Source of the DNA: Amphiscolops sp. MND2022
Taxonomy: Eukaryota
Direction of reading: 5' to 3'
Assembly: GCA_964187785.1 (NCBI GenBank)
Contig: OZ076417.1
Location: 24,304,001 to 24,368,000 of the forward strand
Length of the DNA: 64,000 nucleotides
The notes below the pieces were generated by a model. It was not told the DNA's origin, made no database searches, and saw only the letters and a list, made by a program, of their open reading frames with translations. How positions within the stretch are numbered: position 1 is the first letter of the stretch; every line of letters begins with the position of its first letter. Positions 1-14,574 of this stretch are shown piece after piece. The translations under genes were made by a program, and so were the position numbers.

Positions 1-46
1 GTACGTATTAGTATTAGACTTAGTCCGCCAATATAGTGGACGTAAA

Positions 47-250
47 TTTGGAATGAAAATTAGCTAGCTGCCATAGCTGTGACGTCATATCGTCGTCTGA
101 TTTGGAATACTTTCTAGCTAGTTGCGAAGTTAGACGAGATGCTGACGTCACATTTTGGAATGAATTTCTGACTAGCTGCCAAGTTAGACGACATGCTGAC
201 GTCACATTTTGGAATGAAATTCTAGCTAGCTGCCATAGCTGTGACGTAGC
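47..250. repeat. Degenerate tandem repeat, about 4 units of 53-54 bp
   Basis: TTTGGAAT...CTAGCTGCC...TGACGTCA units begin at about 47, 101, 154 and 208. Confidence 0.8.
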
Positions 251-446
251 GTAGTCGCGACGCAAATTCAATCGTATTGGCGAAGCGGTGGCCTATATTA
301 GTTTTAGTTTGCTTTTAATTCAATCCAGTCCGGGCGCGGACTGTGACAACCCGTTTCTACGTCAACAAGTTAAGGCCTCTTTTTGGAAGAAAAAATTTTA
401 TGTAGGCAGTAGATTGTTTTGACGAAAACATTTTTAAACTATGCAG

Positions 447-764
447 CGGTGTTCTTCTGCTCGAAATGTTAACTTTGAATTGTCGTTTCAAGCTACTGGT
501 ATGGGCCATGAGCGGTTTGGATTCTACAAAGTTTGCACGACTGAAACCGATTGTGAACAATGTGGGGTATCTTTCCAGTCGAATACGGTTGGTCCTACCC
601 AGTACTGGCAAAATGCAACTTGTGGTGAAAATGGAATCGAGGGCTCTTTCATTCAAATATCAGATGGTCCTTACACCAGAGATTACGGTGATCCGAGAAG
701 TCTTTACTTGATTTGTGAACTCATCATTACCGGAACTGGTACGAAAAACCATCTCTTCCTTTGA
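447..764 (+). CDS. Probable host exon encoding the C-terminal half of an F-type lectin / F5-8C (galactose-binding-like) domain
   Basis: Open frame after acceptor TATGCAG|447: RCSSARNVNFELSF...TCGENGIEGSFIQIS...LYLICELIITG, resembling the C..R..nf ... C....G.yV.I ... L.lCEv.v pattern. A possible upstream micro-exon (PGADCDNPFLRQQ, about 329-367) has compatible phase. Confidence 0.5.
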   Translation, partial: RCSSARNVNFELSFQATGMGHERFGFYKVCTTETDCEQCGVSFQSNTVGPTQYWQNATCGENGIEGSFIQISDGPYTRDYGDPRSLYLICELIITGTGTKNHLFL

Positions 765-1054
765 ATGGCAGTAACTTTTGCTCATGGTTTTCAATCACTA
801 ATTTCAATCTTGGCTTGGTATTTGGACCAACTGTTTGTTGAGGTACAAGGGTTGACAATTTTGCCGAGAAATACCAACAAAAGTGTTTAAAATCATAGTA
901 GCTATAAACCCAAAGAACACCGTTTTCAAGCTCAAATTTCGGTCGAACAGTGTTTTGGCAGGTGACAGAAATATCAACATACATGACAAATCAACTTGAA
1001 ACATGTAACAGCTAGATGAATTCTTTAAAAGTCAGTTTTTGTTTTCAATTTCAA

Positions 1055-1596
1055 CCAGAGCCGCACATGCGGTGAAGGAGTCGGCTTAGGTCTTTTTCCT
1101 TCTGACTCGCTCTAATCCCAGAATCATACGAATTTATTGAAATTGCACACATAGGACCATACCATGGTGTAGAAAATGATTGTAGAAATTTTTGTTCGAA
1201 TCGTATGGACAGTTTTTGAGAAAATGGCGGTTTTTTGGCCATTTTTGGATAATTTTGGCTATGTTTCTCACATCCCAGCCATACGATTTTGATCATTACA
1301 GTGCATAGGCAAGCTATTTTGCTGCTTGTCGTGGAATTCGGGACACGAAAATTCCGCTGCTTGTCCGTGGAATGCTTGTTTGTGGAATCCGGGACTTATG
1401 ACGTAATTTGCCAATTTTGCACGGTTAAAGGTATTTGCACACGCAGGGACCCCTTTGGGTGTAGAATGACTGTGCAAAATTTCGTGAAAATCGTAGGACA
1501 GTTTTTGAGAAATTTGAAATTTTCATGAAAAGGTCGGGAGAAAAAAGAACAGCACGATTGCATAAGTAGTCGAAAATTTTTTCCGACTCCTAAAAA
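1055..1596. mobile_element. Dispersed non-coding repeat (MITE-like, family A), copy 1
   Basis: Shares blocks (GAAGGAGTCGGC, ATGGTGTAGAA, TTCGAATCGTAT, AAGGTCGGGA, GCACGATTGCATAAGTAG, TTCCGAC.CCTAAAAA) in the same order with 20923-21240. Confidence 0.55.
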
Positions 1597-3644
1597 TCCA
1601 CATGAAATTTGCAGCAGCTGGATCACTGCAAAGGTTAGATCTGTTTTCTTTTAAAATGTCTACAGTGATCTAAGCGTTTAGGGATTCAAAAATGTAGATA
1701 AAAGTTTGCAGAGAAACGAAATCTGTCTTTTTGAGAATTGTTCTAGAAGTAACAAAATTGAGGATGTTATTTGTAAAATAAAATTGATTTTTTTTGGAGA
1801 AGTGACCAAGGAGTCAGAAACTTCAAGCAATTTTTATTCAAAAAAATCTGTTATTTGCCGGAATGGCTTAGCTGTTTTAAGTTTCAATCACATTTTATAA
1901 ATTAAGAATGAGAATTAGATCTTTTCTCCAAGAGTCAGATCTCCGTTTTCTCGTCTGAGTTTTCTCAGTGCCTGGATCAAAATAGACTTTGTCATTAAAA
2001 GCAGATTTGACTTTTGAATGAACTATTAGACAGACAATCACCAGATTCAGACTGACTTCTTGCCTCTACGAGTTTTTTTCACACACTTAAATGAAAATGG
2101 AGATCCAACCTTTGGACGAGAACCATTTTCTGCAAAAGTCAAATTCACTCGTTTTTGTGGACGTCAACCACAATGTGTTGAGTAGATCTTTTCTCCAGAA
2201 ATCAACTCTTCAACTCTCAGTTTTTATGACAAATTTACCTGAACCTTCCAACATCTAGCTCGATCATTGCTCCAAAAGTTGAGTCTCGATTTCATATGCA
2301 AACGCGGCAGTATGAACTCAATGCAATAGAGGTTTAATTATGTATGCTAGTGAACGTTTTTGAGTTTAGAGGCACCGTTTGTTATTCCTTAAAAACTACT
2401 TCGTGCAGTTTTTCGCGTTGTTCGAAGTTCCAAGGCAAGTGTAGACTTCGACTGTTTCTAAGTTGTTGCAATTACTTCACGTTCAAAAGGCAAATGACCC
2501 AAATCATGGTGGTTGCTGAAATCAATTCACAAGTGAAGATTGAAAAAACCTACTGTACTGGAATTTTTCTGTCGCGTATCATTTGAACATGTAGCTTTTC
2601 GCTTAATTATTGAAATGCTTCAACGCTCTGAAAATTGCCTCTGGAAACGTTTATGAATTCCAGATTGTGTGATCTTCTTTCCGTGCTCAAAAGTAGGAAT
2701 GAATAGCAAAGTCAGACAAGTAAAATTTTCATTTTTCGAAGGCCAAAGAGTCACATGTCATTCATAACGTTGAACGCCTTGAACGATTTTAATTTCAATC
2801 AAAATTTTGCAAGAACTGGTGCGCCCATTTTTGCCGAACTGCTGATTTGGCTTCAGTATAGTTGAAACAGACTCTCAGGTCAATGCCTTTCTCAAAATTG
2901 AATTAACTATTTTTCAGTTCTGTGAGGAGTCACAAGGTGGAATTACCCAGAGCGTTTTCCAATTCATAACAAACCGATTGTTCAAAAAACCGACTGGGGA
3001 ACGAAAGAGAAAACCCCACTGTGTGTTTTCATCAGACCAAATAAAACTATATTTTAAACTACTGTACCGATGACTTTTGTCATCCAAACCACAATGCAGT
3101 TTGCATAACTTTGATGAATATGAAAAGTGTTTCCAGTTCATTACCAACTCGGTCACTTCATTTTCAAATTTTTGCTTCTCAACTACTGAACTAGTGTATC
3201 ACTCAACAATCAAGTTGCTTCCGGTAAATGACACTACTTTGCAATGAAGTGATTGAAGTTAATTTGCTAAATATTGATATTGAATTGGATGATCCAGGTT
3301 CATAAAAAACGAATCCATGGTTTGCACCAAATGCCTCGAAAATACGAGCTCACCTTCCAAACAGCTTTTTTTAAAAATTGAATCTGCTAGGATGTTTCTT
3401 CACAAAGTATGGAACACTCTCACGGGAGCTTGCTTGGAAAAACGTAGTTTCCACACCCCATCCTCTGGACTATTCAACTTTTGTAATAACCGTTAGTCAA
3501 ATTGTACGTTACGCAAAATGACGCATCTGTGGAAGTTATCGAGTGACTGAAGTTGAATTGCAAAGCATTGGCAGTAAAAGGGATAGTCGGATAGTCACAG
3601 CTGTATTTGTATATAGAACTATACAATGTGATTTGCGATTTTTC

Positions 3645-3929
3645 GCCAAATTAGGAACATCTTTTAGGTAACTTGATAACTTTCAATCAAGACAGAGAAA
3701 AGAAACTGCATGGAAGTTTCCGTAGGCAATTTCCCAAAATTTAGGAAATTTTGACTTTTTTCGACTGGGGAAAACTTGACAAAAGACTCCTTTGTCAAGT
3801 TTTCCCCAGTCGAAAAAAGTCGAAATTTCCTAAATTTTGGGAAATTGCCTACGGAAACTTCCATGCAGTTTCTTTTCTCTATCTTGATTGAAAGTTATCA
3901 AGTTACCTAAAAGATGTTCCTAATTTGGC
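3645..3929. repeat. Near-perfect 285-bp palindrome (foldback/MITE-like)
   Basis: Arms of about 140 bp (GCCAAATTAGGAACATC... / ...GATGTTCCTAATTTGGC) with about 3 mismatches around a loop of about 4 nt at 3786-3789. Confidence 0.9.
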
Positions 3930-4733
3930 CTGCGAAAACTAGTGAAATTTCGAGCGGGTTCAATTGCGATATACACTGATAACCAACGGGGGCAAAACTG
4001 TCTCATGAAATCTATAGTGTCAAAGTCATCTAGCAGGCAGTCCCGGTTTTCCTCAATCAAACGGAGACTTGGAGACTGGTTTTGCCCTCAACAACTTTGT
4101 AGTTTAGTGTAAATTGCACATAGATGTAGAAACTATTGAAGTCATTGCACACTTTATTACCATTGACCTTTACAAGTGTGAGTGGTTGAATATTGTTCCG
4201 GAAAACAGCATTTCCGGAAAAGATATCTTCACTCCAAAGAGCCAAAGTTTCTTTTCAAAGTTGCCATAAATCATTCCAATGTATCCGTAATGGTGCTTTC
4301 GTTCAAAAGCCGAAGTGAATGAAATAATAAGCCTTTTGAAGCAACTCAATGATTACCAAAAAAATAGAAAAGAAACTTTTTGGCACATCTCATCCACAGT
4401 TGCCAAAGATGATTGATGTTGAGATAAGATTTTGAAGCAATATCCAGCCTAACATGAAGCAGTTTATGATGTTTCCAAAGAAAAGGCATATTCTCTCTGA
4501 AACCTTTTCAGTTGTTTCTTTCTGGTTTGCGAAAACTTCTTCGTCTTTGGTGTTCTTCAATTATTTTCAGAGAGTTTCAAAAGATGTATATCCAAGAAAT
4601 TATTCGATTCATTCGTGTGTCGTTATTTATTTTCCAGTGTGGATGCTAATGCACAAATTGCGAATCATTCAGAAAACATTCAACTAATTCAATAGTACTA
4701 ATTGACAAATATAAATTTGTGAGCCTGTTTTAA

Positions 4734-4790
4734 ATCCACTATCCATTATCCACTATCCACAATCCACTATCCACTAATTCACTATCCATC
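4734..4790. repeat. 7-bp microsatellite (ATCCACT)n, about 8 degenerate copies
   Basis: atccactatccattatccactatccacaatccactatccacta read directly. Confidence 0.75.
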
Positions 4791-5735
4791 TCAATGAACT
4801 TCAGAAACATCACTTTCTCGGAACAGGAAAACACCAAATCCCCGAAAAATCAGAAAACTATTGAATTTCATCAAAACCGATTTTCGAGAACGCGGAAAAT
4901 TCCACAGCCTAGACGGTTTTTTAGTCACTTGTGATTGAACGTAGATCGAAATTACCGAACTTGGTTTCAAACTTTCAACCACGGAAATCAGTGAAATTCA
5001 ATATCGGAATAAATATTCAAGTTATTTTATAAAAATGACTCTCTATTCGAAATATCATCTCGAAGAGATCAAGATGCACGAAAAGTTACCATTAAGAGTT
5101 TCAACTGTGCTCAAACCGAATAACCCGAAGCCAACAGTAATTACCTGCCAAAAATGACGTCATTCAAAAAAGTGTTACAAGTCGAATTCTAGTTTTCTTT
5201 TGTTAGTAGATCGTTTAAATTTATGCCTTTTGGAATAAAATTTGTGAGCTTTGTTCAGTTGAATTAGATTTATAACAGAAATGCCAGTGGTACCGCGATG
5301 TTTTTTTACTGTTAGATGCACTTTACGGCTAAAATTGGACACTTTAATAACTAGATGATTTGAAGAAGAAAAATTATTGAAGTAATTGAACTACAGCTTA
5401 TATCATGTCATAACATAACATAGTTCAGGTGAAAGACCAATAATTCAGATTGCTTCAACGAACGAAGGTTTTAGGAGAACTCAATTAGAAAAAACACAGG
5501 TGTTTGACATTGTTTAGATGCCTGTTGAAGAAAAATCAGACACTGTTAAGGAAGCATAGTTCAAAACAAGTTCATGAGGACCGCTTTGGTCTCATTCAAT
5601 TTTTAGGCTATTTGGAAAATTAATAGAAATGAACCTCCTATCGCAGTCATCATGCACAATCACCCGTTCACAGTTACCATTTGGTTGAGAATGTAAGAGA
5701 ACGAACCGCGCGACAGCTACGGAATCAAAAAAGAA

Positions 5736-6250
5736 AACAAGACGGGAACGTCTAAAGTCGGCGCCATATCTAAGGCTCAAAAAGCGCAGAGTTCAAATAT
5801 TCGTAGGACGTTACCATGAAAAACTCCTCCCCTTTACAAAACTCAAAATAGTGCGGATATAACATCATAAATTCGGATATAGCGCTTTACTCCGGATTAT
5901 AACGAGCTCGGACTTCAAAAAAATTAAAGGGGGACCCGTTGCAGACCATTTTTTATCGAAGTCTTTAAAAAGTAAACTTTGAAATTGGGGAGCCTTTGCG
6001 ATGCCTTAGATGCGTTTCCCAGGTATTCGTTTAGTTGAACAAACTGAGTCGCTTAAAGACTCTCTTTGAAAAAAGAAAAAAACAAGTGACTGTAATAGTC
6101 GGGCTTTTTTAAAATAAAGGCGTCGACTGATAAAAGCAAGCGGTTTTTGGAGAACCTTTTTGAAATTCGCCACTGTTCTCCAGAAAAACAAACGTTCTAC
6201 GAACTATGAGAGGAAAAACGTTTCCCAATAACATCAACACGCCCGCTAAG
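5736..6250 (+). mobile_element. Dispersed non-coding repeat (family B), copy 1
   Basis: AACAAGACGGGAACGTC.AAAGTCGGCGC.ATATCTAAGGCTCAAAAAGCGCAGAGT recurs as the reverse complement at about 49305-49370; both regions also carry GGGGGACCC motifs. Right boundary approximate. Confidence 0.5.
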
Positions 6251-6849
6251 CACCGGAATATTTTCCGCCCTGTTTGCCTTCAGATTCGCCTTCAGACCAA
6301 CTGAGCCATAGCTGTTCTGGGAGGGGGGAATAGGATCTAAAGAATAAGATCTACAATTTAGTGATTTCAGATCTTATTTCTTTTAGATCTTATTCCCGCC
6401 CTGTACTTTTAGATTTTATTCCCTTTAGATCGTATTCGCTCTTTTGACTTTAGATGTTATTCCCGTTATATTAGCTGTATGCTAGTTTAGTTACTTGACT
6501 ATTTTAGTTACTAGTAGCTATATAAAATAGTCAAGTAGTCAAAAGGTGGAGACTGTGGAGATTTGCCAAAATTTGGAAAAAATAACGCGTCACTGATCAT
6601 GATTTTCCTCCCCCATTTATTAAATGTGGGGTCGGAAAATAACACAATTTTCGGCAGGAGGCAGGGGTAGGAAATTAACTGATTGGGGGTTTGCGATAGT
6701 CCTCGTGTGGGAAGATGGGTTTTTGGGAAGATGGGTTTTACAGGCTTTTGGGAAAATGGGTTTTACAGGATGTCGTAAATCCCTCATTTCTGAGGCTTAC
6801 CACTTATCTTAATATATAGAGTCAGTATTTTCGTTATCTGATGCATGAA

Positions 6850-7189
6850 ATCCCTTAAACTGTTCATTTTTGGATCCCCGAGGTAGTGCATTTTGACTTT
6901 GGATTGTTTCAGACTTTGGGTTCGTCACTTGTCTTCCTCCTTCCTATTGTTTCATCATTCTTTTGCTCAAGAATTTGTTTCCATGCTTTATTTTCACTGC
7001 ATAACTGATTTTGGGTTCAGTCAATTTATAACCCAAAATGTTTTTAATTGAAGTTTCGTGGCAATCAGCAAAATTATTAGTCATGGTCACATTACCTTGA
7101 TTTGGTGTTTCTAACTCTATGTCATTCTCGTCTCTCCCTGGAGAGAGGCTGTCTAGCCTCTTAGACCTTCTGTGTTTTCTATTTCCCAA
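6850..7189 (-). pseudogene. Relic of an LTR-retrotransposon gag N-terminus (MGNRKHRRSKRL...)
   Basis: ORF 6944-7189 begins with a basic MGNR..RRS.R motif like the ORF at 19275-19520, then degenerates. Confidence 0.4.
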
Positions 7190-10100
7190 TCTAATCAGGC
7201 GACAATTTGTGCCCGCAAGGACCTAATTTAAAAAATATGAAATGTTCAAACCGTTATGACTAACACAATCTACTTCACTTTTTTGTTGTTGAGAGTTAGT
7301 TTAAATAAAATTGTTAATTGTTTTTCAAGCGTTGCTTTTCTCTTTTCATTGGTTACAATTGAACAAAGTTTTCAGTGTGAATATGGTTAGGTAAACTAAA
7401 AAAAATGCATAACAGTCTGTTAATAGTTTCGATTGGATTTGTTTCAGAAGTCAAATAATCATATTTGTAATGAGCCAATCAGTGAAATGCAATTGCACCC
7501 TTGAATCAATTAAACCACATTTATTCTCTTGTTGATTTGTTCTGGAGAAGTGATAAAAATTTTGACGAGAGTCAACACAAAACAAAGTTTTTCAGTCAAA
7601 AGGACATCTAATATTTGGAGCAAAAAAACTTATCACGAGTTGTTGTTACATTCGTTGAAAAAAAAATCAAGACAAATCGAGATTTTTTTGAAATGATTCC
7701 TATCTAGCTCAGGAAAATATAACTACTTGAAACTCTCCCTTTTTTTAACAGTATGTAACAAGGCTTTGCTTCTATCTCGGATGCTATATCCTCTCTTACT
7801 TCTATGCCAAACCTTTGAAGCTTAAGGCTTCTGTCAAAAAATATGCTTTCCTGTCTTTGGATAGACAGAATCTAACAGAAATGAAGCTTGTTGGCGAAAT
7901 GTTTAACACTTTCGGAAATGTCTACGAAAACGGTACTTGATAAAATTTTGGTCATTCCAAGCTCTGCTCCTAACGCTCTCAGCAAAATCATTTTCTAAAT
8001 TACTGCGAAGCAGTCAGCAGTCCCACCTTCTACAGTAGTCGCTGGTAGTGTTGATTGTAGTTCAGCGTTGCAACTATTGTCACCCGAACTTTCGTTGAGA
8101 TAGAAGCAATAACTACTAATTGAATTTTTTCTGTTTTAAATGCAAGTTTTAGTCAGTATAGGCTACAATTTTCAGCCTTTTCGCATTTTTGTACTTCAAC
8201 TTTTTAATCATGGTAGCCTTCTGGGTATCGCAAAAAGTGCTTGCCTTGATTCCAATGCTGTCTTCCAAGGTTTTGAACATATATATACAAAAAAACCTTA
8301 CAACTTACAAGTTTGTGACTTACAATGTGCATGAAAGTTTTTTCCACCCAAATAAAAACAATTTCTGGTGAATGCCGCATTTTTTTAAGGAAACATTTTA
8401 AGGAAAACCGCATTTTACACGAAAAGGATTAGGGCGTCCTTTTTTGCATCGGGAACTTTTTTCTTGACATAAGTTCAAAGGGGCTCTTCCTTTAAACAAA
8501 TCGGAGGAGACATGTACTCTAGCGCTTCTTGTAGCTATTGGCCGAATTTGGCGAAAACAACAAAACTTTCTCGTTTTAAAACCGGGGCCAGTTGCCAACA
8601 GTATTCGTCGGAACGAAGAGACGACTGAGAAGTCATAACGTTTATTCCGTTCTTTTCGCTTGAAAAGGGGGTCGATCTCTCACTACTACTAAAACTGTTA
8701 GAGACACTTTCACTTGGTGAAGGAAGAATTTTTCCAAATTTGACGATTTGTTCCAGCGAATCGACGATCGATACGTATTAGTTCATAAACCTTTTCTTGG
8801 GCTTCCAACGACTCAGCTGTAGCGTGTTTTCCATCACGATCGAGAACATATCTCGAACCGTTTCCTGACCATCCTCATATAGATCATTTGCTCTTGTATC
8901 CGATTTCTAACTTATGGCTTAGAAGAAAGAGAGAATGGAAAAATTAAATCGAATAGTGGCTTTGTTGAGTATTTGCGAAAAGGTAACGAAATAAATTAGC
9001 GTAAATGTGGTAATGTCCTAGTAGTCAGGTGCACCGAAATCAAATTGGCCTGCCGGTTTTTACCAGCCTATTTTGACCATTTTGGTCACAAGTCCACGTG
9101 ATTTGAACTAACCAATCAAACATCGCCATTCGAAAGGAGCAAACGCGCGCAAAACTGGTATGATTGCGCACTTCACATGAATCACCAGTTGTATAAGTAC
9201 TGGTTAGTTACATTCCACTTGATAACGATAGTTGAATTGCAATGGAAGACTGATTGTTTCAATCGTTTTTACAAGTAGCATGAATTCCTGAAAGTATCTC
9301 CCATTGTACTAATGATGGAGGAAAAATACTTGTGACAAATTACTATTGATGTTTGGATTTAGATGACAGTTTTTTATGGAAACGTCATTTAACGTCTGAG
9401 CACCTTGGTCGTTAATGTACTTCTATTTCACTACAGTGATTCGACATTCTGTCGGTACAACCCAATTGGTTCAACCATTTAGTCGGTACAAATCCTTTCT
9501 ATGTCCTAACCAAATATACTTTGATTCAACAATTCTGTTGGTACACTTTCAACATATCATTTTCCACCCTTTTTTGCCTTCTTTAAATTATTCCATACGT
9601 ATTTGTCAAAAAAATGTTTTCTCTCTTTGGCCTTTTTGCGATGGTTTTACTGGTCACCGACAAATTTATGATTGATTTCAGTCCCCGAAAATTTCACTAA
9701 CGCCTAAGATGTGCTTAACTGAGCATCTTACCAATATCACTAGTTTTGTCACTTAAATTTTTGCAATCCTTGTTTTTTAATGCTTCTCATTGAAATAAAA
9801 AATGTTGCTTCCTTTTTTCATAATAACACTTTGCACTTTCGCTCTTATATTTCCAACCCATTCACTCGTTCTGTCACATTTCAATTTCACGTCTGTTGTT
9901 ATCATTTCCAATCATTCTCTTTCTAACCAAACATCCTTTTCCTTTCCAATCACTTCATCTTTTCAATTTCATCACTCTTTCCGAATTTTATGCTCCTCCT
10001 CCTTTTAAACTCTAATCCAATATTAGCACTATTCCAACTTTCAATTCTAACCATTCTCATTCTCCTCTCTTTACCGTATGTTTAACCTCAACTCGGTTTT

Positions 10101-11544
10101 CATTATCAATACATACTCAATAAACGCCATCATTACTTTTACCCTCCTCCTATGACACCGTATATACAATCTGATACCATTTTTGACAAACTCTGGTTAA
10201 TGTTTAATCCCCACAGCCATTCACAATCTCCCATTACCCCCTCCTCTCTTTCCCCTTCCCTTTTCTTTTGATGATTCTCGTCAACGCCTTTCATGAGAAA
10301 CTGCTCAACTGCTTACTAAACTTTTAAAGTTCCCCCGAGATATTTACACCACACCTCCTACTTCTATATACCCTATCACTGCCCAACCTACCGCCTCTTC
10401 ACAATATTGTCCTCGTCTACCAATCACACCATTTTTACTCAATATTACATTCATTCTTCGATACCTCCATTATCCCATACTCTTTCCTCTTCTACTCACC
10501 TTCTCTTTTAATTTCTCGCAACACGTTCCTTATGCATCACTCGGGGCAGGTTTTCATAACTATCCACAACCTTCCTTTCCTCCTCCTTTGACTCCTAATC
10601 CTCTACCACCAACTCATTCTGTGCACCCTCCTAATCCACCTCCTTCTGCACAACCTCCATCTGTCTTTCAAATGACTCCTTCTGTTCCCTAGATGCTCTT
10701 TTTGATATCTTTAACCTTTTTGATGGCTTGAATCACACATACCCCCTGAAATTTTTTTGCCTCACCACAGTGCACGCGTAACGTCACAACATGGACCTCA
10801 ACACCTTGATTTTCAACCATATTTAACATGGCACTCTAGACGTAAGTCCCTTCTTTATTGTTTTCTCATAGGAACCGCCTCCAATTGGTATGATTGCTTA
10901 CCCGAGGTCAGAAAAAAATGATTGGTCTACCTTCTTACAAGTTTTCAAAATACAATTTCAATCTCAAAAACATGCATACCATGCTGAAGTTGAAGCTTTC
11001 TGACTTGTTAAAAAAGAAAACAAAAGTGTACGTCATTCTTTTTTGAAAGTTGAAATTCTTGTTAAACAAGGCTGGTATAATGCATTTCCATCAAACATGA
11101 ATCTCAAATGCAAAGAAATTGTCACTGGAGGTTTCCCAGAAAATTTGAAAGATTTTGCAAATAAAAGTTAAACACATCTCTCGCCCTCTTGAACCATCCT
11201 TTTCTTTCCATTCTCCTGTCATTATGGTTGACACTGAAGATATTACCTTTGACAATATTAAAACGCAAGAACTTTCACTTGAGATTAGTACTCCTTCAGG
11301 CACGTTTCAATAAGATAGGAGAAAACTCCTCTGAATCTCCACAATTAAATACAGTAGATCCCAAAACTATGGTTTCTTCTGTCAAAGAAACAACCGCTCT
11401 GTATCTACCTGTTATCGTAGACTCAACATGCTTGAAGAATCTAAATCTCAATCTAAATCACCTACTCTTTCTCTTTATCAACATTTTAAATCACCAAATA
11501 GTATATACAACAACTCTACTTCCGGTTATCCAAGTCGAAGTAAC

Positions 11545-11744
11545 NNNNNNNNNNNNNNNNNNNNNNNNNNNNNNNNNNNNNNNNNNNNNNNNNNNNNNNN
11601 NNNNNNNNNNNNNNNNNNNNNNNNNNNNNNNNNNNNNNNNNNNNNNNNNNNNNNNNNNNNNNNNNNNNNNNNNNNNNNNNNNNNNNNNNNNNNNNNNNNN
11701 NNNNNNNNNNNNNNNNNNNNNNNNNNNNNNNNNNNNNNNNNNNN
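11545..11744. other. Assembly gap (200 N)
   Basis: Run of N bases. Confidence 1.
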
Positions 11745-14574
11745 CAGAATTAAAGTAAAGAAAAAAATATATTTCAAACCTATCTCTTCCCAAACTATCA
11801 ATCTTCCACTTCAACCAACTTTTTCCTTTAACATTTAAATTTTTCAAAAAGACGTCGTATTTCCCTCAACTCCTGATGCATTTTTCCATATTTTAACACA
11901 CGTTTCCTCTCTACCTTTTAATTTCGCCAAAATTATCGAAAAAACCAAACCCAACTGTTGTTCTGTTATAACTCAAAAAATTACCCATCACTTTGCAATA
12001 CTATCACCAGGACATATTGGCTATATCGACGTTCCTGCTAGTAATATTAAACCAATACACTATAAAATAAATGATTTCAACTTCTTTATTCACACTACAA
12101 TTCATTCATATTATCCTGATCTCTCAGAATCAAAACCTGCTGTCTTTCGTTTCTCTTTCCGAAAAACGAAAATCGAAAGTAATAGATTACAACCATCTCA
12201 AACAATAAACAGATCTCTTCCTTCATTATTTTTCTCACCGGAAGTTCATCAATTCCTCAATAAAAACAAATTTCAGTATTCGGATGTCACTGATGACGAA
12301 TATCTAAAACTCTGCGCTGATTTAGTTATATATCAACAGTGCTATGTAACTCACTGTAACGATGTTGGAAAAATCGCTACACTATTTAGATTTTGTATCA
12401 ACCAACGCTAAACTCCAAACACAAAGACCCACAAAAGTTTCTATTCATTATAAAGAAAAACTCAGAATATTGCTTGATGAACTAGAACTTCGTAACATTA
12501 TTTGACAACTTAGTTCCACCCCTTCTGATAAATCTATATACGGTACAACAATCACAATCTCACTCATTCTTATCATTAAAGGAGGTACTAATAAAGTCGT
12601 CGTCCTTGACGCCAGACACTTAAACTCTAACACTGATCTTTTGAACTGTGACCCTTTGTACCTGTAGCTCCCCATTTAGCAAGAGCCAACAAAAATATAA
12701 ACCTGAAATCGGCTATATGCATGCTTATGCACATGCTCCTTTAGACGAGGAAACTATTACCCTCACAGATTTTTCCTCTGGAGATAAACTTTAAGCATTT
12801 TTTCGCGCTTTTCATAGTCCTAAAGGTTTTCCAATTTTTTCACCAAAAAATTGTTCTACTTTTCCCAAAATCTCATGACCAACGTTTTGCACTCGTCGTT
12901 TTTATTGACGATATACTTCCCCTAGCTCCACTAAAAGTCATATGCTAGAACGCATTGAACAAATACATCAAACTAGAAGTTGCAATAATCTTTAAAATGC
13001 TCCTGAAAAATCCTTTTATATCTCTTTCAAAGTTAATTTTCTTGGTCACGGAATTGGAAAGAATACTATTAAATCTATCTCCTCCAAAGTCGATGATATT
13101 CACAAATTGAAAACTCCCACCTCTAAAACAGAACTGACGCGAATCGTTGGTTCCAAGAACGTTTACTCTAAATATATCACAAAACTCTACATTTCACTTG
13201 AACCATTTTACACCCGTCTCCATGATGACATCTCCATTGAATGGACTCCTCAATTAGACAAATTCGTGCACGAAATTAAACCGTCGCTCTCAAAAGACAC
13301 TGAACTTGCAATTTCCGACCTCCTTTTTGTATTACCGTTGACGCCTCCTTTATTTGTTTAGTTGCAGTTTTATTCCAACTCCGATAACAAAATGCAGGTT
13401 ATGTCTTATAAGTCTCGTATTTTAACAACTCACGAACAAAAACTTTCTGCTTATTGATAGAGACATCTTGCTATCAAAATGATTTCATTATTATTTGTTC
13501 TACATACCCAAACACTCTCTTCACTGATCACAACCCTATTCTTTTCTTTTCACTCGTGAAGCCAATCTCACCCCTCGATAATACAAAGCTCAAAAGTTAT
13601 TAATCCTCCACACTGCAGGTAGTAATCTCACTGTTGCTTACATGCTTAGTCGAGAATTTTCAACTGTACCAAACAACGTGTGTCAATTACAACACAAAAC
13701 ACTTCAACCACCTTTTGAATTTCTCAATCTCAAACAAAATATTTCGTTGAAACAAGCTCATTACTTGATTAAAAACGAAGATGTTCTGCCTACGAAAAAA
13801 ACGTTTCCCTTCCAATTCTCGTCGCCTATGGTGTTGATCAATTTACGCTAAGATATAGGTAATACAGTTACATATACACCACTTGTCTCCTTTTCATTCC
13901 AATATATGTCATCCTTTTTATAAAAAATGAGAAAGCTGTTGAAAACAAAGTCAAAACATCACTTCAACAAAATCCACTCCTAAATGATACCGATTTAGAT
14001 GAAGATGATGACCCCGTTACAAAAAGATTTTCTCACTAAAGTCTCAACCAACCTAAATTCCACCTTAAAGATAATGTCTTCTTTGAAATTCACCACCAAA
14101 ATTTCCATATTTCTTTTATTTCTAATGAAATAGTAACAAATTCGACGAATTCCGTTGTACCAATTCCTGACTCACCTTCTATAACTAATGCTATAACTCA
14201 AACTCCTATTAATAAATACCACATCTACTCAATCTCTGTCAGTTTTGTCGTATCTGTTTTTGCTCATTGCTAAGCTTTCGAGAATTTCTTTCTTCCTGGG
14301 CAATACCTTCCTAACAATACCCATTCTCTTACAAGCTCAAAAAGACGACTTTGTTCTGTTTAACCCAACTCCAATCATTCAAGCTAACTCTTTGAGATGT
14401 ACCTATTACAAGCAATTTCAACAGTTGTGCAAAGACCCAAATTCTCATTTAAGTCAATATTATACACCCAATTTTAAAATATTCGAAGTTTTGGCAAAAT
14501 CGCAAAATCGCAACCTTCTATTAACCAAACATTTGCTTATCATTCAATTCTTTTTTACTGCATCTGACAAAACC

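Noticed and set aside
47-250. CRISPR-like spacing of repeats (also at 58672-58880)
   Set aside because: Whole units are similar with no unique spacers, there are no cas genes, and the context is eukaryotic.
2916-3160. Twice-repeated FQFITN peptide on + suggesting a C-type-lectin-like exon
   Set aside because: An in-frame stop lies between the copies and no consistent splice model was found.
11189-11847. ORFs of 91-189 aa around 11.2-11.8 kb
   Set aside because: Their length is inflated by the 200-N gap.
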